DNA of 64,000 bases from Chrysomallon squamiferum. Lineage: Eukaryota; Animalia; Mollusca. Below, one piece after another: positions 1 to 11,949 of the stretch. The position numbers and the translations under genes are program-made. Numbering within the stretch: position 1 is the stretch's first letter; each line of letters begins with the position of its first letter. Below the pieces are notes generated by a model, which did no database searches, had not been told where the DNA came from, and saw only the letters and a list, made by a program, of their open reading frames with translations. The stretch is taken from positions 6,386,001 through 6,450,000 of the forward strand of contig CM022671.1 of the NCBI GenBank assembly GCA_012295275.1. The letters run 5' to 3'.

Positions 1-702
1 CAGAACAGTTTATACAAGTTCAGCTAAGAAACTGGTGTAAGAGAGAATCATTTCACAACTTAGATTTTACCAGTCAGTTTACCAAGAACTATAACCGAAA
101 ACATTCCGTATAACTGGACCAATTGTCTTTGCACGTAGATTTGAGATGGCCAACTGTTTATGTAGAAGTCACCAAAATAATCAAATCGAGTTTATAGTGA
201 CTTGATAAACACATTGAGGTTATTAGACATTGCTTTTAGCACAAGAAAACTAAAAATCGTAAATTTTGCTGATATTTAACATTTTAGAATCTGACGTTTT
301 GATGCAAAATTGTAATGTATTTAATATATTAGTGGGAGAAGTGATGCACAAATCCTATTTCCACCTTATTTTGGAAAAAATGTCACCAAGGTGACAAATG
401 GAGCTGAAATGTATACGTGTAGTCACCCTTCTTTTACTGTGTGCTTTACCGTCACCATCTTTTACTGTATGTCCCATGATCTTTCATACACCAGTCGTGT
501 TGCCCTGGTTCAGAAGGGGGAAAAAGGACAATGACAATCACGTCCACCGGAGAACGTCGATCCTGTTAACTGTGCACATCAGGCGAGAAAATTCCATTTC
601 AGTTTGTATATCATCACTACTCGCCGATCTATGCTTTACTTTATCAAATTTTATTACAAAATGGGATTCATTTGTTACTACTACTACTACTTCTATGAAT
701 TT

Positions 703-753
<51 letters not shown>

Positions 754-1489
754 AATAATAATAATAATAATAATTATTATTATTGTTATTATTATTATTA
801 TTTTATCAGGTGATGAAAATGTTTTAACAAACGTAAAGTGCTCACTTCAAACCAAAACACCAGCCTGGGATTGACTACGACAGAAAAATCGTTACGCAGA
901 AAGAAAACAGTGGAAGGAGAATTATCAGCCTGAATAGCAGAAATTTAGATTTAATTTTAATGTGAATAACAAAACATGATTAATTTAATGACTAACAAAC
1001 ATGATTAATTTACTGTATTCATGAGACAAACACTTATATAATTAATAGCAAAATTTGAGTAAAAACTTGAATTTGTTTATTTTTTATTTTATAAAATAAC
1101 TAAAAGCAGTACCAAATTTATGCATAAACTTGACAAATTACAGCTTAGGTCCTCAATCTGCAGAAATACAGTCTTGTTCCTAGTTATCTCCCCTCTCGAA
1201 AATAGTTCATTGCTGGTTTTATTGTCTGTCATCTTGTGGTGTTTACAGATTGTTAATGAATGTTTTTATATTTCTAACAAAATCAGCAGGACTGAATAAT
1301 AATACAAAAACAGTCATGTGTGAAAAGAAAAGACAGAAAAAAACCATTAGCACCAAATGTTGAGTTATCTGTGTTACTCCCTACATTAACAGTCTGTGAT
1401 GCTAAAAGCTAAACACTTCATGTCTGCACCATGCTTGAACTGCACATCTGTCCAGGACATAACAGATAATTAACACAACATTAATAAAC

Positions 1490-1644
1490 AAATTATGATG
1501 AAAAGATGAGATAATGATGTAAATACAAAGAGTGCATGAATCCAGTGTGTGAAATCCTGGTGAAATTTAAAATAAATAGAGTCACTTAGCTGCACTTTAG
1601 ACCATTTGTTGTTGTAAAACTGCAGAGAAAACAACAATGTAAGT
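1490..1644 (+). promoter_or_regulatory. Putative promoter and short non-coding exon 1 of copy 1
   Basis: Block conserved in all units: AGATAA (1509), TGATGTAAAT (1515), TGTGAAATCC (1548), TATA-like TTTAAAATAAATAG (1566), then ~60 nt to the donor AAT|GTAAGT at 1639. Confidence 0.6.
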
Positions 1645-1869
1645 AAAACTATTTTATATATATTAGTATTATGGTCTATTTTATTATTTATTTATTTATT
1701 GTGAAACAGAGAGCATTGATGAATTACATCTTTAATATTTTTGTTCGCTGTCTCTGCTATGTTCAGTCATTCTATCTTTAAGTAATTCAAAAGTTAATTT
1801 ATTTATTTGTCTGTTTATTCCTTTATTGATTACTGTGTAATTCATGAAATTTACGGATACAATTTATTA

Positions 1870-1927
<58 letters not shown>

Positions 1928-2274
1928 AAGATTAGTAATAATACAGATTAATTAAAATCACAAAATCACACTTACTTATTAAAAAAAAAAAAGAAAAAAA
2001 AAGAAACGTTATGGTGAAGATTTCTTTCCTTCCGATTTAGCTCCCTCTATGAAGTGCGTTATGATTTCCTCACATTTTCATATTCCATTACAGTCATCAA
2101 CTTACGATCAGGTTACGTTCCGACTAATTGGTCGTAAGTTGGATATCTATTATCTGTATGCATGTAATCACGTTATCTCAACCTTAAGTCATCCATGTTT
2201 TTTTATAGTTTTCTTTTATTATTATTATTATTATTTTTTTTTTTTGTAAACCCTTTAATTAATTTAAATCAAAG

Positions 2275-3265
2275 ATGAGAGTCGTGCTGGTTCTAGCAGC
2301 TGTCGTCTGTGTAGTTGTCACAAAGAGTGATGTTGAGCCTGCCAGAAAAGGTGATCGTTTGACTTGGCGTCGTGTATGGCTGATAGTTAAAGATGTCGTT
2401 AAGAAAACAGCCGTGGATATAGTGATTAACGCTCTTCAAAAAAGAAGTAAGAAACAAATTTTACGTAGTGAATATATACGTCAAACTACAACCAAAAGTA
2501 CTACAACTACTACAACAACAGCTTATATTACTAGACTAATATAAATAATTCGTTTTAATATTGTACACAAATTTTAAAGTTGTGGATACGATTTGCAAAT
2601 GACACCAGTAAAATGCATAATAGAAGACTAGGCACCTAAATGAGGTGTATATTAAATTACTTTTTAAAAAATAACAAATAGTATTGAAGTACTTTTTTTT
2701 ATTTTTTTATTTACAATTATTATATTTTATTATTTATTTATTTATTATTATTATATTTTATTATTTATTTATTTATTATTATTATTATTATTGTTATTTT
2801 TTTTTTTTAACTTTTTTTTGCACTGTAGATCTGGATGAAATTGATGTGGACAATGATGGTGTGATAGACAAAGACGAATTGGAGGATATTTTAAGTAGTC
2901 GACAAGCAGACGAACTTCTGGAGTTTGCTGATCGTGATGGTGAAGATTTATTATTTAATGAAATTGTAAAATATTTTATTGATTTTAGTTAGTTAGTTTG
3001 TTAATTGTTTATGGTTTTTAAATATTTGCTTCTCTATGTATACATGTGTACACTCGTACATTGATATGGATTAATTTTAAAGTGTTTTCAACATACAAAC
3101 ACACACACACGCAGATACATACATACATATATACATACATACAAACATATATATATCTGAACTTGAAAATGTTTGATGGAGAGATTTACTAATTTACTTG
3201 TAGCTGACGAGATTGTCACCAAGGAAGAACTGCAGCAAATTCTCGATGAATTCAAACATCAGTAG
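2275..3265 (+). CDS. Copy 1: secreted cationic peptide / two-EF-hand precursor, 114 aa; join(2275..2446,2829..2939,3204..3265)
   Basis: Manual splicing of two phase-1 GT-AG introns gives MRVVLVLAAVVCVVVTKSDVEPARKGDRLTWRRVWLIVKDVVKKTAVDIVINALQKR-NLDEIDVDNDGVIDKDELEDILSSRQADELLEFADRD-ADEIVTKEELQQILDEFKHQ*. A 3'UTR exon starts at 3516 with AATAAA at 3580. Confidence 0.85.
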
Positions 3266-3662
3266 ATGTAAGTTTGTAATAAAATACACGTTTAAATATT
3301 AATTAATCTTATAATTATATTAATAACTAAAAAAAGTGTTTAACTGCAAAAAAAATCTATTAAAATTAAAATGTATGTATGTATAAATATGGATTTTAAC
3401 GTCGTGTTTATAACCCATGAACCAAATATATTTATGAATTCGTGTTAAATATTTAAATGACACACAAGTAGAAATCTGAACAAAGAAAGTCAACATATTA
3501 TTTTCTTTGTTTCAGACTCACCCAAGTTTGACCAGCAAAATGTCCAAACAGAAGACGGAGATGTGAACACATTGAAAACAATAAAGATAAAACCTCTCTA
3601 AAATCAGTTTTAAGTTTTTATTTCATCTTATTTTATTTTATTTTATTTTAAATATTTATTTA

Positions 3663-3729
<67 letters not shown>

Positions 3730-4484
3730 TTATCAGTACTAATGTCGGTTAATAAAGTTAACAGCTGGTGCTTTTGTTTACAGAAGTTAATTTTCAAGTG
3801 GGGTAGTTGATAACTATTTTAAATAAATTATCAAACAAAGAAATACATAAGAAAACAAATAAACAAACAAACAAATAAATACATGAGAAAATAGATGTAT
3901 AAATAAATTAAAAGTTAAATAAATAAATAAATAACATGAAAATGAGAAGATTTTAGTAGGAATTAAGATGAATTTGATCAAACTAATCTAAAACAGTAAA
4001 CAGAACAGTTTATACAAGTTCAGCTAAGAAACTAGTGTAAGAGGGAATCATGTCACAACTTAGATTTACCAGTCTGTTTGAATCATATCAAGAACCATAA
4101 CCCATGACATTCGGTATTGTCTTTGCACGTATATTTGAGATGGCCAGCTGTTTATGTAGATGTCAAAAATAATCAAATCGAGTTTACAGTGACTTGATAA
4201 ACACACTGAGGTTGATTAGACATTTGCTTTAACGAACGAAAACTAAAAATCGTAAATTTTGCTGATACTTATAATTTTAGAATCGAACGTTTTGATACAA
4301 AATTGTAATGTTTTTAATATGTTATTGGGAAAGGTGATGCACAAATCCTATTTCCATCTTATTTGAGAAAAATTGTCACCGAGGTAACAAATGGAGCTGA
4401 AATGTGTACGTGTAGTCACCTTTCTTTCCTCTGTCTGCTTTAACATCACCATCCTTTACTGTCTTCTTTTCTTTCGTTTCAAAG

Positions 4485-4710
4485 ATGCCGGCTTTTTGTA
4501 GCATTTGTGGACGCATTTTTACAAATATAATAGACAGACACATTTGTATATTTTATATGAACTGTCGTGTGAAGAGAAGAATATGTTCCATGATCTTTCA
4601 TACACCAGTCGTGTTGCCCTGGTTCAGAAGGGGAAAAAAGGACAGTGATAATCACGTCCATTGGAGAGGGTCGATTCTGTTAACTTTGCACATCAGGCGA
4701 GAAAATTCCA
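4485..4710 (-). mobile_element. Degraded tRNA-headed SINE co-amplified with the array units (also ~465-600, ~8310-8505, ~14810-14990, ~29180-29275)
   Basis: catgatctttcatacaccagtcgtgttgccctgg...gtccattggagagggtcgattc resembles, from memory, the reverse complement of a conserved-core mollusc SINE (CACGGCCTTTGTTACACCAGTCGTGGAGCACTGG...GTCCACC...GGATCGATCC). The family assignment (Meta/MESC or V/RUDI type) was not verified by search. Confidence 0.55.
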
Positions 4711-4820
4711 TTTCAGTTTGTATACCATCACTACTCACCGATTTAATATATCAAATTATATTACAAAATGATGTTCATTTGTTACTACTAATACTACTAC
4801 TTTTATTAATTTCATAATGA

Positions 4821-4882
<62 letters not shown>

Positions 4883-5579
4883 TTATCAGGTGATGAAATT
4901 TTTTTAACAAATGTAAACTGCTCAGATCAAACCAGACTACGAGCCTGGGATTGACTACGATAGAAAAAATCGTTACGCAGAAAGAAAACGATGGAAGGAG
5001 GATTATCAACCTGAATAGCAGAAATTTAGATTTAATTTTAGTGTGAATAACAAACATGATTAATTTACTGTAATCATGTAAATTTAAATCAGCTATATTC
5101 ATGAAACAAACACTTGTGTGATTAACATAGTAAAATTTGAGTAAAAACTTGTATTTGTTTCTTTTTTATTTTATAAAATATCTAAATTTACGCATAAACT
5201 TGACAACTTACAGCTTAGATCCTCAATCTGCAGAAATAAAGTCTTGTCCCTAGTTATCTCCCCTCTCAAAAAGCGTTCATTGCTGGTTTTATTGGCTGTC
5301 ATCTTGTGGTTTTACAGATTGTTGGTGATGTCCCACTTAACACAACAAGCAGAACTGAGTGATAATGTAAAAAACAATTGTGTGTGGTGTGTGAAAAAAG
5401 AAGGAAATAAAACCCCATTAACACCACAAGTTTAACTAACTGTTACTTCCTGGATTAATATTCAGTGATGCTAAAAGATAAACACTTCATGTCTGCACCA
5501 TGCCTGAAATATAAATCTGTCCAGGACATAACAGATAATTAACACAACATTAATTAAACAAACAGTAATGATAAAATGA

Positions 5580-5684
5580 ATCCTGTGTGTGAAATCCTGG
5601 TGAAGTTTAAAATAAATAGAGTCTCTTAGCTACATTTTAAACCATTTACTGTTGTGAGACTGCAGAGAAAACAATAATGTAAGT
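5580..5684 (+). promoter_or_regulatory. Putative promoter and non-coding exon 1 of copy 2
   Basis: Same block, with the GATA/TGATGTAAAT segment deleted; donor GTAAGT at 5679. Confidence 0.55.
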
Positions 5685-6230
5685 ACAACTATTTTTATCT
5701 ATAAAACTTACTGTTATTTTATTATTTATTTATCTATTTATTCTGAAACAGAGAGCATTTATGAATTATATCTTTAATATTTGTGTTCGCTGTCTCTGCT
5801 ATGTTCAGTCATTCTATCTTTAAGTAATTCAAAAGTTTATTTATTTGTCTGTTTATTACTGTGTAATTCATGACATTTACGGATACTATTTTTATGAATA
5901 ATAATAATAATAATAATAATGAAAAATTAGTAATTATAGAGATTAATTAAAATAACAAAATCTGGCATACTTGTTAAAAAAACAACAAAAAACAAATGTT
6001 AAGGTGAAGATTTCTTTCCTTTCGAGTTAGCTCCCTCTATGAAGTGCGTTATGATTTCCTCCCATTTTCACATTCCATTACAGTCATCAACTTACGACCA
6101 GGTTACGTTCCAACTATTTAGTCGTAAGTTGGATATCTGTTATTTGTATGCATGTAATCACGTTATCTCAACCTTAAGTCATCCATGTTTTTTGTTTTTT
6201 AGTAAACCCTTTAATTGGTTTAAATCAACG

Positions 6231-6968
6231 ATGAGAGTCGTGCTGGTTCTAGCAGTTGTCGTCGCTATAGCTGTCACAAACAGTGATGCTGGTTGGAGAT
6301 TACGTCGTGCATGGCGCAGAGCCAAACCTTACGTTATTGAAGCAGCCAAGCAGATCCTCTTTAAAATTATTGGAAAAAGAAGTAATAAACAAGTTTTAAT
6401 TAGTGAATATAAACTCAGACTACAAAAATAAATACTACTACAACAACAGCTACTACTACTAGAATAATAATCAAAAAAAAAGTTGTGGATACGATTTGCA
6501 AATGACACCAGTAAAACGCACAATCGAAGACTAGGCACCTACATCACGTGCATATTAAATTACATTTTAAAAAGATAACAAAAAGCATCGCAGTATTTAT
6601 TTATTTATTTACTTAATTATGTATTTATTTATTATTATTATTTTTTTATTTTTTATTTTATAATTATTATTATTATTTTTTTGCTTTGTAGGTGTGAATG
6701 AAATTGATGCGAACAATGACGGTGTGATAGACAAAGACGAAATCGAGGCTATTCTAAGTAGCCGAGAAGCAGACGAACTTCTGGAGTTTGTTGATCGTGA
6801 TGGTAAAGATTAATTTTTTAATAAAATTTTTAATTATTATTATTATTATTTTTTTTTAGTTAGTTAGTTTGTGTGTTTTTTTTTTTTTTTAAATATTTGT
6901 TTGTTTGTGTTTATATGTGTACATGGACATGGATTAATTTTAAAGTACTTCCAAGTACACACACACAC

Positions 6969-7010
<42 letters not shown>

Positions 7011-7139
7011 GAATTTGAAAATGTTTGGTGGATACATTTAGTAATTTCTCTAATTTTGTTTACTAATTTACGTGTAGCTGACGAGATTGTCACCAAGGAA
7101 GAACTGCAGCAAATCCTCGATGAATTAGAACATCAATAG
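6231..7139 (+). CDS. Copy 2: precursor, 107 aa; join(6231..6381,6692..6802,7078..7139); predicted mature peptide GWRLRRAWRRAKPYVIEAAKQILFKII-amide
   Basis: Signal MRVVLVLAVVVAIAVTNSDA, then peptide, GKR, and SVNEIDANNDGVIDKDEIEAILSSREADELLEFVDRDADEIVTKEELQQILDELEHQ*. Splice sites are canonical. 3'UTR exon from 7390, AATAAA at 7454. Confidence 0.92.
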
Positions 7140-9859
7140 TTGTAAGTTTGTAATAAAATACGTTCAAATATAAATTAATCTTATAATTATATTAATAACT
7201 AAGTAAACTGTTTAGCTGCAAAATATCTATTAAAAATAGACGTTTGTAAGCATATATAAATATGAATTTTAATGTCATGTTTATAACCGATGCACTAAAT
7301 ATATTTATGAATTCCTGTTAAATATTTAAATCACATTACAAACAGAAATCTGAACACAGAAAGTCAATACACTATTTTCTCTGTTTCAGACTCACCCAAG
7401 TTTGACCAGCAAAATGTCCAAACAGAAGACGGAGATGTGAACACATTGAAAACAATAAAGATGAAACCTCTCTAAAATTCAATTTTAAGCTTTTGTTTCA
7501 TCTTATTTTATTTTATTTTAAATATTTATTTAATTTATTATTATTACTATTATTATTATTATTATTATTATTATTTTATCAATACTCATGTCGGTTAATA
7601 AAGTTAACAGCTGGTGCGTTTGTGTAATAGAAATACATTTTCAAGTGGAGTAGTTGATAAATATTTTAAATAATAAACAAACAAACAAACAAATACATAA
7701 TAAATAAACACATTAAAAAAAAAAAAAAAAAAAAAAAATAAATAAATAACCAAACGAAGAAAAAGAAAGAAAGAAAGAAAGAAACCATTAAATAATAAAT
7801 ACAAAAAATAAACAAACAAACGAGGTAACATGAAGATGAAAAGATTTTGTAGAAATTAACTTAAATTCGATCAAACTAATCTGAAAAAGTATACAGAACA
7901 GTTTACACAAGTTCAGCTAAGAAACTGGTGTAAGAGAGAATCATTTCACAACTTAGTCTGTTTACCAAGAACCATAACTCATGCCATTCCGTATAATTGG
8001 ACCAATTGTCTTTGCACGTAGATTTGAGATGGCCAAAATAATCAAGTTTATAGTGACTTGATAAACACATTGAGGTTGATTAGACATTGCTTTTAGTGGA
8101 CGAAAACTAAAAATCGTAAATTTTGTTGATATTTAAATTTTAGAATCTGACGTTTTGATACAATATTTGTAATGTATTTAATATGTTATTGGGAAAAGTG
8201 ATGCACAAATCCTCTTTCCACCTTATTTTGGAAAAAACTGTCATCCTTGTTTTCTCTCTGTGCTTTAACATCACCATCTTTTACTGTCTTCTTTTCTTTC
8301 GTTTCAAAGATGCTGGCTTTTTGTAGCATTTGTGGACGCTATTTACCAATATAGTACACAGACACATTTGTAAATTTTATATAAACTGTCGTATGAAGAG
8401 GAAAGTATGTCCCATGATCTTTCATACACCAGTCGCGTTGGCCTGGTTCAGATGGGAAGAAAAGGACAATGATAATCACGTCCACTGGAGAGGGTCGATT
8501 AACTGTGCAAAAATTTCATTTCAGTTTGTATACCATGACAACTCGCCCATTCAAACTTTAATACATCAAATTTGATTACAAAATGGGTCATTTATTACTA
8601 CTACTACAATTTCTATTATTAATATTAATATTAATATTATTATTATCATCAGGTAATGAAAACAAAAATTAACATTTTTTTTTGTAAAATTCGAGGCGTT
8701 CCTGGATGTATTTTAAGAGGATTTAACTCTAGACGAACCTGCTCAGATCATACCAGAATACTAGCGTTTGTTTGACAGGTAAATTTCTGTAAGTTATATT
8801 CATAAGACAAACACTTATGTGATTAACAGATAAAATTTGAGTAAGAATTTATATTAGTTTTTTTATTTTATAAAACAACTAAACTCAACAACTTACAGCT
8901 TAGGTTCTCAATCTGCAGAAATAAACTTTTGTTCCTAGTTATCCCCCCTCTCGAGAATTGACCATTGCTGGTTTTATTGTTTGTCATCATGTGGTTATAA
9001 CAGATTGTTAATATTTTTATTTTATAAAACATACGTAAAACCAGTTCCATATTTAACCACAAACCATACTAGCTTCAGCTCATCCCCCCCGCAAAAAACA
9101 ACAAAAAAACAACAAAACAAAACAGCAACAACAAAACAACAAAAAGAGTAAAAACAAGACGAAATTCAATTCACTTTTGACAACTAGAATTAGTACCTGC
9201 ATAGCGTATTTCTCAAAACAAAGTACTCAAGTTGTAAAGAACTGAGGTGTGAAATTTGAGATCGCTGTTTTACATACGAAATATAATTCTAATTAAACTA
9301 GGAACAACAATAAAAATAATATTTAAATTTAAATTTAAGTGTGAAATTTGGGGACAATAATAACCACAACAAAATTTAAATTGTACTGCACTGAATGTGT
9401 TTTTTTTTTTGTTTTTTTTTTTTAGTCTGTTCAAACGTAAATTAATCATTAGTCATTTAAATACCTTCTTCTCCTACTTAGTTTTAAGAACGTTTGAAAA
9501 CATTTTACTCTAATTTAATACAAGAAATTATTTTACATTTCAATCTTTAATTGAGAAAGATAAAGTTTTTTAAAAAAATGATCATTTCTGGTTTTATTCT
9601 TTGACATCTTATGGCGTTTACAGATTGTTAATGTTGTTCTACTTCTAACAAAAATCAGCAGAATAATCGATAAACTGTCACGTGTGTGAACAAAAAACAA
9701 AAAACATTAGCATCACGAATCAATCTAATTGTGTTACATCCTGGATGAATAGTCAGTCATGCTAAAAGAATACAAAAATCGTGTCTGCACCGTGCCTAAA
9801 CTGCACATGTGTCCAGGACGTAACAGATAATTAACACAACATTATTTAAACAAATTATG

Positions 9860-10006
9860 ATGATAAGATGAGATAATGATGTAAATACAAAGAGTGCATT
9901 AATCCAATGTGTGAAATCCTGGTGAAGTTTAAAATAAATAGAGTCCTTTAGCTACATTTTAGACCATTTACTGTTGTAAGACTGCAGTGAAAACAACAAT
10001 GTAAGT
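9860..10006 (+). promoter_or_regulatory. Putative promoter and non-coding exon 1 of copy 3
   Basis: Same conserved block; donor GTAAGT at 10001. Confidence 0.55.
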
Positions 10007-10047
10007 ACAACTCTTTTAATATATCAAGTCTGTTATTGTTATCAGTT

Positions 10048-10086
<39 letters not shown>

Positions 10087-10164
10087 TGCTGAAATAAAGA
10101 ACATTTATGAATTATATCTTAAATATGTTTGTTTACTTCACTGTATATCTGTTATTTGTGTGTA

Positions 10165-11835
10165 TTATTGATGTTATAATATCGAAGTTTCCAGTTCTGG
10201 AATTAACACTGATCATTTTGTTAATACTGATATTAAAACCAGTATTAACAAATGTCCTCTTTTTTTTTTTGGTCCTCTATAATTTTAAAAATCAATAATT
10301 ATTTCAAGTCAGTAAATTATATCCTTATTGATAATAAAGATTTTTCAAACAAAAACAAATCGTAATTTAAAAAAAAAATCATGACCTTACTAATACAAGA
10401 GAAATAAAAGAATCTTTAGTCAAAAGCAAACTAATCAGATTATTTTTCAATTTGAAATACAGATTTTAGAAAGCAAAGGCTGTTGAGTGAATTTTCAGAA
10501 AGATCTGATCTCAACCCTGCTCCTTAAAGCATCCTTTCAGATTTTACACTTGTAGGCTTAATCGAAAGTAATGCATTACAGAGCTTGTCTAGATTTTCTA
10601 TTCTTTTTAAAGACACTTCAAAGCTGTTCAGTTCCATGCTGACATCAAAAGTTGCCGAAAGTCCTTTTCTCAGTTGAATCGTCTCTACCTTTTCTATTTC
10701 TTGTAAATATTCTGCAAGCAATGGGTTATTATTTTCCCTTTTCCCAGCTGCTGTTCCTGTTGTATCTTTAGAACAGCCAGGTTTTTGTTGCCTTACACTT
10801 TATTTTCCCAAATGTACAATGTTTTCAGAGAAAACTCTTTTAAAATGTCTGCCTGCAATTTTCATGTGAATAACTTTAGAAGGAGGTGAAGAAAGATCAT
10901 CATCCTGATTTTCCAATGTTCTAGAGTCATGAAGGTATTTAAGTAAACCTACAATTTCTGTTTGTTTTCTTGAGGAATAATAATGAATCAGGTTTTCTTT
11001 TAATTAATTTGATAGTGGGGTATTCTCCTCTGAAAGTTTTTCTTTATAATGATCTTGAAAGCGGTTAGTAGTGTTCGATCTCTTGAACACAGTCCTTTAA
11101 GAGTTATCTAAAAGGGAGGAAGCATATTTCTGACGTCTTCCAAAATTGCCCAGTCTTTTGATGTGATTGCCTAAGAGGAATGAATTACTCTCAATGCTTT
11201 GTGGATACATTGTTTCAGCTTAAGAAATCTTTCTGTCATGCGTAAAAGACTATTCCATCTTGTCTTGCAATCTAGGATTAGCTTCAGTTCTTTTCCGTTA
11301 AACTGTTGTTGTTGTTGTTTTGGGTGGGAGTTTATAAATCTTGGAGTTTCTCGAAAATTTCGACAGATTCTTCTAACTTTATTTATTATAGTATAGAAGC
11401 TATCTTGAAGTAATGAAACGCTGAGATATGTACGCAGTTCTAGAAGAAAGAAATCAAATTTTTTTACTTCATCTGCTTCGTCTTTGCTAATTACTTTAAA
11501 AGAAAATAATATCTTTACAAAATTAAAATCTGTGCCGCTTGTTGCTGGAGGCCAGACAAAAGAGTAGTATGTGTCATACAGGGTCAGGACATCACTGTAC
11601 GTGGCGCAGTTCCCAGTTGTGTTAAAACGTTTCTATTCACTTTAATACGAACTTTTTATATTCGCATAATTATAGCTTTATTGTTTAATACATAATCTTT
11701 CCTACAAGGAAAATGACTGCACTATTTGTGGTGTGTGTGTGTGTGCGTGTCTTTGTGAAATATAAGGAAATATAAGCATATTGTCTTATCTGTATTGATA
11801 CTAATTTCTTATATTTGGTATCGGTATTCACCCTA
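10165..11835 (-). mobile_element. Degraded hAT-superfamily DNA transposon inserted in intron 1 of copy 3
   Basis: The minus strand encodes ELKLILDCKTRWNSLLRMTERFLKLK (~11200-11295; hAT TRWNS motif) and ALLSIKPTSVKSER...SLNSLCFLK (hAT C-terminal dimerisation region), broken by frameshifts. One end reads TAGGGTGAATACCGATACC (11835-11817). Absent from the paralogous introns. Confidence 0.85.
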
Positions 11836-11949
11836 GTATGTATATAACACGTTATCTCAACCTTAAGTCATCCATGTTCTTTTTTTTCTTTCTATCTTTC
11901 TTTTTTTTTTTTTTTTTTTAGTAATCCGTTTAATTAATTTAAATCAAAG

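Noticed and set aside
398-874. ORF MELKCIRVVTLLLLCAL... with a signal-like start, recurring at ~4391 and 14706, as a possible second gene per unit
   Set aside because: Frame and length are not conserved between units (stops, frameshifts, deletions), the middle overlaps a SINE remnant and the end is microsatellite.
6039-6230. N-terminal extension of copy 2 (MKCVMISS...) in the ORF track
   Set aside because: Lies in intron 1 upstream of the polypyrimidine/AG acceptor and is closed or out of frame in other copies; the true start is 6231.
6231-7139. Interpretation as a neuropeptide precursor or ordinary calmodulin-like protein
   Set aside because: One long hypervariable cationic peptide per precursor with no conserved amidated C-terminal motif argues against a receptor ligand; the signal peptide, KR site and only two EF loops argue against calmodulin. 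A toxin, pheromone or biomineralisation role is not excluded.
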